Source of the DNA: a virus
Taxonomy: Duplodnaviria > Caudoviricetes
Reading direction: 5' to 3' (one strand)
IMG/VR virus record: IMGVR_UViG_3300006802_000512
Coordinates: 1 to 25,162 of that record
DNA length: 25,162 nt
The notes under the pieces were generated by a model. The model searched no databases, was not told where the DNA came from, and saw nothing but the letters and a program-made list of their open reading frames with translations. Shown here piece after piece: positions 7,636 through 16,452 of this stretch; positions within the stretch are counted from its first letter, which is position 1; each line of letters begins with the position of its first letter. The position numbers were made by a program, and so were the translations under genes.

Positions 7636-8376
7636 ATGGCTAATATCATTGAATTTTCTGCTTCTCCAGAATATTTAGCGACACCCGACATTGAAAAACC
7701 TGTTCCTATAAAAGTTAATATACCTAAATGGTATAAAGACTTAGAACATAAGATGGAGAAGTTAACTGTAAAAGGTTGTATGCCTTTTCTTGATACTTTG
7801 TCATCAGGGTATTTATTAAAACTTCCACAAGATATAGCTATAGGTCTAGATCATTTTGATGATGATGGTAATCCATTAATGCACGTAAGATACTCTTTAC
7901 AAACTGAGATAGGCCCTAAAGAGGGTACAAATTTAAATCATGGGGATCATGAATCTACTCATCCAGTATTTCAATTAGGTGATTCACCTATGGTTGCTAA
8001 AAATAATGGCAGACCTTTTCACAAAATAATTAGTCCTTGGAGAATAAAAACACCACCAGGATATAGTTGTTTATTTTTACCACCTATGAATAACTATCAT
8101 GAACCATGGAGTATTATTCCTGGGATTGTAGATACTGATAAATTTACACTAGAAGTTAATTTTCCTACAATTGTTGATGCAGAAAAGATTAAAACTAAGT
8201 ATAAACAATTTTTAATGAAGAAAGGCACACCTTATGTTCAAATCATTCCTTTTAAAAAAGAAAGTTGGCAAATGAATATTAAACCACTAGAAAACAAAAA
8301 AAGTGTCTTTTTATATCCAATGAAATTACTACATAACTATAAAACAGCTTTTTGGAGAAAGATTACATGGAAATAA
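7636..8376 (+). CDS. DUF6065-like hypothetical protein (start revised from TTG 7621 to ATG 7636)
   Basis: IPKWYK, TVKGCMPFLD, GYLLKLP, PWRIKTPPGYSCLF, GIVDTD, KKGTPYVQIIPFK motifs; a family I recall beside 2OG oxygenases in marine phages. Confidence 0.55.
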   Translation: MANIIEFSASPEYLATPDIEKPVPIKVNIPKWYKDLEHKMEKLTVKGCMPFLDTLSSGYLLKLPQDIAIGLDHFDDDGNPLMHVRYSLQTEIGPKEGTNLNHGDHESTHPVFQLGDSPMVAKNNGRPFHKIISPWRIKTPPGYSCLFLPPMNNYHEPWSIIPGIVDTDKFTLEVNFPTIVDAEKIKTKYKQFLMKKGTPYVQIIPFKKESWQMNIKPLENKKSVFLYPMKLLHNYKTAFWRKITWK

Positions 8377-8957
8377 GAAGTTTTGTACAAGTTTTTGATA
8401 ATGTATTACACCCTGAGGCTATAGCTTGTTTGCTGCAATGGTTAAATAAAACAGACAGATTTGATAAAGCCGATGTTATAAATGATGCAGGCAAAACTAG
8501 AAAAGGTGTATTGAGAGAAGATATAAGAAAAACAGAAGCTTTTGGATTACACCCCTTAGATAAAGAATTGACTTCTGTACATTGGTTTAATGTACTACGA
8601 ATGAAGATTGAACAACAAGTTAATAATTATAGAATACTTCATCCTAATTTAGATTTACATCCACAAAAAGTAGAAGAAATAAATGCACTTAGATATAAAC
8701 CAGGTGGCTTTTATAAGTATCATACTGATTATCATATTAAGTTTCCAAGAGTCTTAAGTACAATTACATTACTTAACAATGATTATAAAGGTGGGCAACT
8801 TTGTTTTAGAAACCCTTCGAAAGAAGAAGATTCAGAATTTTGTATAGATGTTAAACCAGGACGAATGATAATGTGGCCAAGTAATTTTTTATATCCACAT
8901 GCTATCAAGCCAATAACAGAAGGTACTCGTTATAGTATAGTGGGGTGGGTATGGTAG
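8367..8957 (+). CDS. 2OG-Fe(II) oxygenase, prolyl-4-hydroxylase-like (start revised from 8352)
   Basis: LRYKPGGFYKYHTD, LSTITLLNNDYKGGQLCF, WPSNFLYPHAIKPITEGTRYSIVGW; GGAG at 8354-8357 before ATG 8367. Confidence 0.9.
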   Translation: MEIRSFVQVFDNVLHPEAIACLLQWLNKTDRFDKADVINDAGKTRKGVLREDIRKTEAFGLHPLDKELTSVHWFNVLRMKIEQQVNNYRILHPNLDLHPQKVEEINALRYKPGGFYKYHTDYHIKFPRVLSTITLLNNDYKGGQLCFRNPSKEEDSEFCIDVKPGRMIMWPSNFLYPHAIKPITEGTRYSIVGWVW

Positions 8958-9508
8958 AACGTGTAACAAGACCATTTAAGTATAGAGTAATAAAAGGTTT
9001 TTTAGATAAAACAGAAATTAAATTATTAACTGATTATACTAGAATTAAACACAGACTTAATAGAGAAACATTTGATCTTGAACAAAGTAATAATTATGCA
9101 ACCATTTTTTATAAAGACCCTTTAACAGAAACAATTATGTTACAAAAAAAAGAAATGATGGAAATAGAAACTGGTTATAAATTATTTCCAACTTATTCTT
9201 TTTTTAGAATGTATACTTTTGGATCTGATCTAAAACCTCATACTGATAGATCTTCTTGTGAAGTGAGTGTAACTGTATCTATTGGTTCTGATGGAACTCC
9301 TTGGCCTATCTATATGGATGGTAAAGAAGTGATGTTAGAACATGGAGATGCAGCAATTTATTTTGGTTGCGAAATACCTCACTGGAGAAAACCATTTAAA
9401 GGTGATTGGTATGCACAAACTTTTTTACATTATGTAAATAAAGATGGGCCACACAAAGAGTGGTTAAAAGATAAAAAACTGTTATGGGGCCAAACCGAGG
9501 AGGATTAA
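8951..9508 (+). CDS. 2OG-Fe(II) oxygenase-like protein
   Basis: RMYTFGSDLKPHTDRSSCEVSVT, GDAAIYFGCEIPHWR, QTFLHY; ATG 8951 preferred over the GTG at 8945. Confidence 0.75.
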   Translation: MVERVTRPFKYRVIKGFLDKTEIKLLTDYTRIKHRLNRETFDLEQSNNYATIFYKDPLTETIMLQKKEMMEIETGYKLFPTYSFFRMYTFGSDLKPHTDRSSCEVSVTVSIGSDGTPWPIYMDGKEVMLEHGDAAIYFGCEIPHWRKPFKGDWYAQTFLHYVNKDGPHKEWLKDKKLLWGQTEED

Positions 9509-9727
9509 ATGCAAATACAACAAAATGAAGACGGCAGTGCAGATATACTTTTTGAAGATAGTGAAATTACTATTTTAACACAAAAAAAGAAATTACATTT
9601 AGATGCAGAAGGTTTGCGGCATTTTGGTAATATTTTGGTAAAGATTGTATCTGATTGGAATCTTAACTTTAACGAAGATTTAAAAAATAAAGCAACACAT
9701 GATACTACACGTGTTAAGTTTAAATGA
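9509..9727 (+). CDS. Hypothetical protein (72 aa)
   Basis: GAGGAGG SD directly upstream; ATGA coupling to the next gene. Confidence 0.75.
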   Translation: MQIQQNEDGSADILFEDSEITILTQKKKLHLDAEGLRHFGNILVKIVSDWNLNFNEDLKNKATHDTTRVKFK

Positions 9728-10248
9728 TAACACTGATTGATAATTTTTATCCAGATGAATTATATGCTGATGTTTTAGAACAAGTCAAAACTTTTGATTT
9801 TAATCCTAGTCATCAACCTTGCAGAAAAGATATAAACAGATACCAAGCTTATCCTGTTTATGAAACTAATGATTTGAAAAAAGACAATCCTGCATATCAA
9901 TATTTAGAAAAGAAATTACAAGAGTTTAAATTAAAACCTTTTAAAATGCATACCTTTTATAGAAAAACATTGTTGTCAGAATTAAAAAAAAGTTTATCTT
10001 GGGATAACTATGCGAAACATATTGATGGTGGAGGTATATCTTTAGCAGGAGTTATTTATCTAAATACACAATCTATTCAAGATGGCACATCATTATATAA
10101 TGACTTTTCAGATTATGAACCTACACTTACAGTTGCAAGTAAACCAAATAGATTTATAATGTATAACTCAAATATAATACATAGTCCTGGTGTAAGACAG
10201 TGGCAGGAAGAACGTATTATACAACCATTTTTTATAGAATATGCTTAA
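9724..10248 (+). CDS. 2OG-Fe(II) oxygenase-fold protein (DUF6445-like)
   Basis: IDNFY N-terminus, KHID, LAGVIYLN, GTSLY, NRFIMYNSNIIHS, RIIQPFF. Confidence 0.75.
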   Translation: MITLIDNFYPDELYADVLEQVKTFDFNPSHQPCRKDINRYQAYPVYETNDLKKDNPAYQYLEKKLQEFKLKPFKMHTFYRKTLLSELKKSLSWDNYAKHIDGGGISLAGVIYLNTQSIQDGTSLYNDFSDYEPTLTVASKPNRFIMYNSNIIHSPGVRQWQEERIIQPFFIEYA

Positions 10249-10792
10249 GGACGTTTTAAAAATAGAAAAACCATTAGAAAGACAATCTTGGTTATATGCA
10301 TTTGATCTTGGTAAAATTGATACCGATTATTTTATTAAAAGAATTGATCACTTTGTAAAAGACGAAACTAATGCAAACTATGAAACAAATGTAAGAGGTA
10401 AAATGACTAATAATATATTTATGGAAGATCAACAATTTGTAAATATATTACATGTATGTAAAACTTATATAGGTTCTTTTTCTAGAGTATGGGATCATCC
10501 TTGGATATTACAAGATGCATGGGGAGTAAGAAATGATTATGGAGATTATACAAGAAATCATCGACACGGACAAAGTAATATATCAGGATTAATTTATTTA
10601 AATAGCAGCACACAAGAATTAGAATTTCCAGAATTACAAACTAAAGTTAAACCTGAACCGGGAAGAGTAGTTATTTGGGATTCTTTATTAAGGCATGAAT
10701 GTAAACCAAATAGATCAGATATATCTAAATATTCTGTAGTGTTTAACATAGATTATCAAGTAGGTTACGAACATCAAGACTATCGATCTTGA
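10241..10792 (+). CDS. Putative 2OG-Fe(II) oxygenase, HxH type (2OG-FeII_Oxy_5/TIGR02466-like)
   Basis: NHRH, ISGLIYLN, PEPGRVVIWDSLLRHEC, KYSVVFNI. Confidence 0.8.
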   Translation: MLKDVLKIEKPLERQSWLYAFDLGKIDTDYFIKRIDHFVKDETNANYETNVRGKMTNNIFMEDQQFVNILHVCKTYIGSFSRVWDHPWILQDAWGVRNDYGDYTRNHRHGQSNISGLIYLNSSTQELEFPELQTKVKPEPGRVVIWDSLLRHECKPNRSDISKYSVVFNIDYQVGYEHQDYRS

Positions 10793-10811
10793 AGACTGCT
10801 TATGATATAAT
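10783..10811 (+). promoter_or_regulatory. Extended -10 promoter, probably leaderless for the nozzle gene
   Basis: TCGATC(10783-10788)-N17-TATAAT(10806-10811) with TG at 10803-10804; ATG 10817 lies 5 nt downstream; no SD. Confidence 0.7.
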
Positions 10812-10816
10812 ATGGC

Positions 10817-12985
10817 ATGCCATTAAAAAATGTACAAATACAGCCAGGATTTAATAAACAAACAACTGCTGTCGGTGCTGAAGGTCAGTGGACTGATGGA
10901 GATTTTGTTAGGTTTAGATATGGTTTACCAGAAAAAATAGGTGGATGGGCACAGATTACAGGTCAAACTTTAGTTGGTGCAGTCCGAGAACAGCTTGTAT
11001 GGGCTGATTTGGATGGCAGAAGATATGCAGCTTTAGGTTCTAATAAAGCTTTATTTATTTATTATGAAAGTGCTTTTTACGATATTACACCATTGGACAC
11101 TGCTATTACTGGTTGTACTTTTGGTACAACTAACGGTCTAACAGAAGTAGGTGTTAATAAAACTGCACATGGTTTAGAGGTTGGAGATTTATTTACTTTT
11201 ACATCTGTAACCCCTCCCGTAGGAGCAGGATATGTTGCAGCAGATTTTACCACTAATACTTTTCAAGTAGTTACCGTACCTTCAACAGATGCTTTTACAA
11301 TTACTATGGCTACGGGTGCTGGAACGACAGTATCTAACAGTGGATCAGCTGTAGTTAATCCTTATATAAAACCAGGGCCACTTACTCAATCTGCAGGTTA
11401 TGGTTACGGAACTTCTACTTTTGGTGGAGCTTCTGGAGTCTTAGGAAGTTTAAATGGATCTCTAAATGATGACACCGCAGGAACGGGCGGGTCAGGAACT
11501 TCAATAACGCTTGCCTCAACAAATGGCTGGCCAACGTCTGGAACTTTTAAAGTTGGAACAGAATTTATATCTTATACAGGAGTATCATCAAATGATCTTA
11601 CTGGTATTACGAGAGGTGTAGCAGGAACTCGATCTGCACACTCTTCTGGTGCTACTTGTGAATACTACACTGCATGGGGAGATGCTTCATTATCTTCCAC
11701 AGTTGTACTAGACTCTGCATCTTGGTCTTTAGATCATTTTGGACAAAAACTAATTGCAACTATTAAAAATGGTAAAACATTTGAATGGGATCCTCTTAAT
11801 GTATCTACTGCAGCTTTAACAACAAGAGCTACTGTAATATCAGGAGCACCTACAAAATCAGTTATGTCGATTGTTTCTGAAAGAGATAGACATTTAATTA
11901 TGATTGGAACAGAAACAACTATTGGTCAAACTGCATCACAAGATAAAATGTTTATTAGATTTTCTGATCAAGAAAATATTAACGATTACACAGCTACTTC
12001 AGTAAATACCGCAGGATCTTTAAGGCTTGATTCTGGTGTTAAGATAGTTGGTGCAGCTAAAGGAAAAGACTATATTTTAATATTAACAGATACTTCTGCA
12101 TACATTATGCAGTTTGTTGGCCCACCATTTACTTTTTCTCTTAGACAAGTAGGTTCTAATTGTGGTGCAATAGGTCAACATGCAATTAAATATGTTAATG
12201 GTAAAGTATTTTGGATGGGACAAGCAGGAGGCTTCTTTGTTTATGATGGTACAGTTAAATCATTACCTTGTTTAGTAGAAGATTTTGTATTTACATTTAC
12301 AGGAAATAATGTGGTTACAGACAATATTGGAATTAACTACACTAATGGCGAACAAGTATATGCAGGTTTAAATCATTTGTATGAAGAAATTACTTGGTTC
12401 TATCCTAAGAATGGTTCTGATGAAGTAGACAGACAAGTTACATACAACTATGCAGAGAACACTTGGCATACAGGATCTCTAGCTAGAACTTCTTGGACTG
12501 ATTCTACATTATATGACAACCCATACGCGACAGACTACGATACGACTGGTGTTCCTACGTACCCTACTATTCAAGGAGTGACAGCGGAAAACGGAGCAAC
12601 AACTTATTACGCACACGAAATAGGAACTGACCAAACAGACAATGATGGTAATGTAACACAAACTATAACTTCTTACTTGCAATCTGGTGACTTTGATTTA
12701 GATATTAATGGAGATGGTCAAATGTTTATGAGTATGAGAAGGTTTATACCTGACTTTAAAAAAATAGTTGGTAATGCTAGTATTACAATAGGTCTTAAAA
12801 GATATCCTTCCTCTACCTCAGCATCATCACCACTTGGGCCTTTTACAATTACAAGCACTACTGATAAGGTAGACACACGTGCAAGATCTAGATTTGCAAG
12901 TGTAAAGATAGAAAATTTATCTAGTGGAGAGAGTTGGCGATACGGAACATTTAGAGCAGATGTACAACCAGATGGTATGAGATAA
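10817..12985 (+). CDS. Tail nozzle / DNA stabilisation protein (P22 gp10 / tail tubular B-like beta-propeller)
   Basis: 722 aa; VRFRYGLPEKIGGW, FIRFSDQE, NTAGSLRL, GSNCGAIG, FWMGQ, EITWFYP, TRARSR...WRYG C-terminus. Confidence 0.72.
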   Translation: MPLKNVQIQPGFNKQTTAVGAEGQWTDGDFVRFRYGLPEKIGGWAQITGQTLVGAVREQLVWADLDGRRYAALGSNKALFIYYESAFYDITPLDTAITGCTFGTTNGLTEVGVNKTAHGLEVGDLFTFTSVTPPVGAGYVAADFTTNTFQVVTVPSTDAFTITMATGAGTTVSNSGSAVVNPYIKPGPLTQSAGYGYGTSTFGGASGVLGSLNGSLNDDTAGTGGSGTSITLASTNGWPTSGTFKVGTEFISYTGVSSNDLTGITRGVAGTRSAHSSGATCEYYTAWGDASLSSTVVLDSASWSLDHFGQKLIATIKNGKTFEWDPLNVSTAALTTRATVISGAPTKSVMSIVSERDRHLIMIGTETTIGQTASQDKMFIRFSDQENINDYTATSVNTAGSLRLDSGVKIVGAAKGKDYILILTDTSAYIMQFVGPPFTFSLRQVGSNCGAIGQHAIKYVNGKVFWMGQAGGFFVYDGTVKSLPCLVEDFVFTFTGNNVVTDNIGINYTNGEQVYAGLNHLYEEITWFYPKNGSDEVDRQVTYNYAENTWHTGSLARTSWTDSTLYDNPYATDYDTTGVPTYPTIQGVTAENGATTYYAHEIGTDQTDNDGNVTQTITSYLQSGDFDLDINGDGQMFMSMRRFIPDFKKIVGNASITIGLKRYPSSTSASSPLGPFTITSTTDKVDTRARSRFASVKIENLSSGESWRYGTFRADVQPDGMR

Positions 12986-13629
12986 TGGAAGATTTATTAC
13001 AAGCACAATACAATAATCAATTAGCTAATAGTGCAGCTGAATTATTTGACCAAAGACAAAGAGAGCAAGTTAACAACTCAGCTATGGGTATAATGAAATT
13101 AGGTTTTCAAAACTCACCAGCTATGACAGCATTAGGTGACCCTATGTCTGAATATAGTAATTTTGATGTAGGTGGCCAAACTTTTGCATATGGTGATCCT
13201 ATGGCACAAGAAAAAAGTAATTTTATTGAGAAAGGTTTTTTTAATGTTAATAGAAATGCACCTGGATTTAAAGGTTCACTTGCAAGAACTGGTATTAGTG
13301 CTTTAGGTAGAGCAGCAGGATTAGGAACAATAGCTTCTTCTGCACTTGGATTTGCATTTGCACCAATAGCAGGAATAGCTAGTTTGTTTAGTGGTTTAGG
13401 TAGAAGTACATCGATTGCAGGTTATCTACAATCTAAGCGAGACGCTAAGGCTAGAAGAGATGCAGCAGCAAGAGGTGCTAGAAAACAAGGTTTAAAAGCT
13501 CTGGCAAAAACTTATCATGAAATTGGACAAAACAGAGATGGAGGAGGTCACCCAGGAGGATCTACAGCAGCGGCTGGTGCAGCGGCTCAGGCAGCAGATG
13601 ATAGTGCAGCTGGAGCAGGAGGTTACTAA
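12985..13629 (+). CDS. Gly/Ala-rich hypothetical protein with membrane-like segment (possible internal virion protein)
   Basis: Hydrophobic Gly-zipper GLGTIASSALGFAFAPIAGIASLFSGLG; low-complexity tail; TAATG-coupled on both sides. Confidence 0.6.
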   Translation: MEDLLQAQYNNQLANSAAELFDQRQREQVNNSAMGIMKLGFQNSPAMTALGDPMSEYSNFDVGGQTFAYGDPMAQEKSNFIEKGFFNVNRNAPGFKGSLARTGISALGRAAGLGTIASSALGFAFAPIAGIASLFSGLGRSTSIAGYLQSKRDAKARRDAAARGARKQGLKALAKTYHEIGQNRDGGGHPGGSTAAAGAAAQAADDSAAGAGGY

Positions 13630-13793
13630 TGGCTAAAGTAGATATTTATGTTCCTGAACCAACACCAACTTATACTGAAGAAAATCAAAGACAAGTAGCA
13701 CAAACTTTACAAACACTTAAAGATAAGTTAAACACAAGTTATCAACACGAACTTAAAAATGAACAAAACACTTTTAACTATTTTATGTCATGA
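13629..13793 (+). CDS. Small hypothetical virion protein (54 aa), not in ORF track
   Basis: MAKVDIYVPEPTPTYTEENQRQVAQTLQTLKDKLNTSYQHELKNEQNTFNYFMS*; fills the gap exactly with TAATG and ATGA overlaps. Confidence 0.8.
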   Translation: MAKVDIYVPEPTPTYTEENQRQVAQTLQTLKDKLNTSYQHELKNEQNTFNYFMS

Positions 13794-14125
13794 CAATAAG
13801 ATACAAAAGCGAAACATTTGATTTAACTACAACAAACATCACGACAGTTTTAACGTGTCCATCAGATGCAACTATTATAGTAAAAGCTATTCAAGCTAGT
13901 CATCAGGCTGCATCAAATGTGGATGTTGATGCTTTTTTACAAAAATCTGGTGGGTCAGATGTAGAGATTAGTCATGCTCAACTAAATAAAAATTTTATAA
14001 ACATGGTTAGTTCAAGTTTAAATATGGAAGCTAGTGATGTTTTAAAAGTGCAAGCAGATACTGCTAATCAAATTACAGGATCTGTTAGCTATGCTCTTAT
14101 AGATAGATCTCAAGAGAATGGCTAA
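13790..14125 (+). CDS. Small beta-rich hypothetical structural protein
   Basis: TTVLTCPSDATIIVKAI...LNMEASDVLKVQA; coupled to both neighbours. Confidence 0.7.
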   Translation: MTIRYKSETFDLTTTNITTVLTCPSDATIIVKAIQASHQAASNVDVDAFLQKSGGSDVEISHAQLNKNFINMVSSSLNMEASDVLKVQADTANQITGSVSYALIDRSQENG

Positions 14126-14246
14126 ACAAAAATTTACAAACTTTGTACCAAGACCACAACCTAGGAAGAGACCTAGACGTCACACCAAAAGTCTTAACAA
14201 AAGTAAGAAAAGATGTTTTAAAAAATACAATCGGCAAGGACGTTAG
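14118..14246 (+). CDS. Very basic small protein (42 aa), not in ORF track
   Basis: MAKQKFTNFVPRPQPRKRPRRHTKSLNKSKKRCFKKYNRQGR*; 17 K+R, no D/E; fills the gap, and its stop overlaps GTG 14246. Confidence 0.75.
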   Translation: MAKQKFTNFVPRPQPRKRPRRHTKSLNKSKKRCFKKYNRQGR

Positions 14247-14893
14247 TGCATATTACTAATTTTCAAAACAACAATATTAATAATCCTTTTAATCCACATT
14301 ATTCATATCATATATATGAAGATGATTTACCTTTAGATACAGAAGTATTAAGTGAGTTTTTATTACACAAAGAAAAACAACTTATAAAAGAACATCCACC
14401 ACATGATAATGGTGGTACAGGATTAAGTGAAAATAGTGTTACAAGTAGATTTATATATTACAACTTACTCGAGTTTCCTGAGTGTGGCTTTCTTAAAAAT
14501 CATATAAGAAAAGCACACGATACATTTTGTAAGTTTTTAGAAGTAGATATACACGAATCATATTATGTTCAATGTTGGTTTAATGTAATGAGAAAAGGCG
14601 AAGAAATTAAATTACATAATCATGCAGAGGATAATACAGGTTATTTGAGTGGGCATATATGTGTAAAAGTTGCAGATACTACAACAGATTACGAGGTACC
14701 TTATTTTAAAACATCGTATAGATGTAAAAATACACCAGGAAAAATAACTTTATTCCCAGGTTGGCTTTCACATAAAGTAAGCACTATAGAAAAGGACGAT
14801 GTAAGAATAACCATAGCGTTTGACATAAGAACTCAAAGCTCTTATATTCAACACGTTAACGATAAATTAAAAAATCATTGGATTAAAATATGA
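14246..14893 (+). CDS. Putative 2OG-Fe(II) oxygenase, HxH type (TIGR02466-like)
   Basis: CWFNVMRKGEEIKLHNH, LSGHICV, PGKITLFPGWLSHKV, RITIAFDI. Confidence 0.85.
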   Translation: MHITNFQNNNINNPFNPHYSYHIYEDDLPLDTEVLSEFLLHKEKQLIKEHPPHDNGGTGLSENSVTSRFIYYNLLEFPECGFLKNHIRKAHDTFCKFLEVDIHESYYVQCWFNVMRKGEEIKLHNHAEDNTGYLSGHICVKVADTTTDYEVPYFKTSYRCKNTPGKITLFPGWLSHKVSTIEKDDVRITIAFDIRTQSSYIQHVNDKLKNHWIKI

Positions 14894-15090
14894 GTGATGA
14901 ACTAATAAAAATACCTGCTAAAGCAGTAGAAATAGTAAAACATAAAAGAACTGGTAAGGTATATGCAGATAAAGCTGAATTTGATGCAGATGTTGCAGAC
15001 CCTAATACAGATACAACCGCAGAGGACTTCAGACAAGACTTAGAAATAACAGTTGCAAAACTTTCTATGTTTGGTAAAACCAAAACATAA
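14890..15090 (+). CDS. Hypothetical protein (66 aa)
   Basis: ATGA and TAATG overlaps with neighbours; codon use like other plus-strand genes. Confidence 0.75.
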   Translation: MSDELIKIPAKAVEIVKHKRTGKVYADKAEFDADVADPNTDTTAEDFRQDLEITVAKLSMFGKTKT

Positions 15091-16022
15091 TGAATCCTAG
15101 AGGTGGTACCGAGTTGCAAATGGAGATGCTTTACAAGCATTGTCCTAAAGAGCTGTTAGATAAAACACAAATCTGTACTTCTATACCTGGTAAAGTACCT
15201 ATTGATCCAAATAAACTAAATATACTTTGGCAAAAAAATTCATATGACCAATCAAACTTACAAGAATTTTTTAACAATCCTTTTAAACATTCTGATTATG
15301 ATTGGTATGTATTTAATTCACATTGGAATTATGAAAAATTTAGAATGGCTTTTAATATTCCACAAGAAAAATCAATAGTAATTAAAAACGGTTGTACAAA
15401 TTTTCCAGAAAGAAAACCTTATATAAAAGGCCAACCAATTAAAATAATACATCATTCAACTCCTTGGAGAGGATTAAACGTACTGTTAGCAGCAATGCAA
15501 CTTGTAAAGAATCCATTAATTACTTTAGATGTTTACAGCAGCACAAAAGTATATGGTAGTGAGTTTAGTCAAGCACATGAAGCTACTTATCAGCCTTTAT
15601 TTGATCAGGCTAAATCTTTACCTAATGTAAATTACATAGGTTATGTACCTAATGAACAAATATTAGAAAAAATTACTGACTATCAAATGTTTGTATACCC
15701 AAGTATATTTGAAGAAACATTTTGTATATCAGCTTTAGAATGTATGTCCGCAGGACTACATGTTATAACTACAAACTTTGGAGCTTTATTTGAAACTTGC
15801 TCTGAATGGCCAGTATATGTCAATTATGATTCCAATGTAGAAAACTTAGCAAGAGCAACTGCACATGCAATAGAAACAGCTGCTACATATCTACACGAAC
15901 AACCTGTACAAGATCATCTAGCAGAACAACAAAAATTTTTTAAAAAGTTTTATAGTTGGAAGAAAAAAGGTTCAGAGTGGGAAAACTTTTTAAAAGGTGC
16001 AATCCATGCAAAAGGTCTATAA
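15090..16022 (+). CDS. Glycosyltransferase, GT4 / Glycos_transf_1 (GT-B fold)
   Basis: N-terminal GGTE, STPWRGL, FVYPSIFEETFCISALECMSAG (E-x7-E), ITTNFGALFET. Confidence 0.9.
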   Translation: MNPRGGTELQMEMLYKHCPKELLDKTQICTSIPGKVPIDPNKLNILWQKNSYDQSNLQEFFNNPFKHSDYDWYVFNSHWNYEKFRMAFNIPQEKSIVIKNGCTNFPERKPYIKGQPIKIIHHSTPWRGLNVLLAAMQLVKNPLITLDVYSSTKVYGSEFSQAHEATYQPLFDQAKSLPNVNYIGYVPNEQILEKITDYQMFVYPSIFEETFCISALECMSAGLHVITTNFGALFETCSEWPVYVNYDSNVENLARATAHAIETAATYLHEQPVQDHLAEQQKFFKKFYSWKKKGSEWENFLKGAIHAKGL

Positions 16023-16452
16023 ACAATTTAGTGACGAAAAACTAGATTTCAATCAACTAACTAACTTAATATCTGAAGATCATTTTAAGTCTAAACAATC
16101 TAGTAAATGGCTAGAGAACTTTGTACTCCAAGGCACAATAGTCATAAAAAATGTGGGTGCACATCCTGCTTTTAATTCTTTAATAAATAAAATTATTAAT
16201 CAATTTAAACTAAAATTTAAATCAATGGATATAGATTTATATGTAGGGTTTACTCAAGGTGCAACATCTAATATACATCGAGACGACTATGATGTTTATC
16301 TATATAATTTGTATGGAAATGTTATTTATAACATTAATAAAGAAAACTATATGTTAGAAGAAAAAGATTTAATTACAATTAAACAAGGAGACATACATCA
16401 AGCAATTGGTTTATCTCCTAGAATAACATTATCGTTAGGAATTTATGATTAA
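16006..16452 (+). CDS. JmjC/cupin-type 2OG oxygenase-like protein (start revised from 15997)
   Basis: IHRDDYDVYLYNLYG, LEEKDLITIKQGDIHQA, PRITLS; recalls the Cupin_4/YcfD-type H-x-D-x-x-D-V-F pattern. Confidence 0.75.
   Translation: MQKVYKQFSDEKLDFNQLTNLISEDHFKSKQSSKWLENFVLQGTIVIKNVGAHPAFNSLINKIINQFKLKFKSMDIDLYVGFTQGATSNIHRDDYDVYLYNLYGNVIYNINKENYMLEEKDLITIKQGDIHQAIGLSPRITLSLGIYD

Noticed and set aside
8367-10792. TET/JBP-type DNA base-modification cluster
   Set aside because: Motif patterns look like P4H, DUF6445 and TIGR02466 types; no methyltransferase or nucleotide-kinase gene is adjacent, and restriction-site avoidance argues against shielded DNA. Judged less likely, not excluded.
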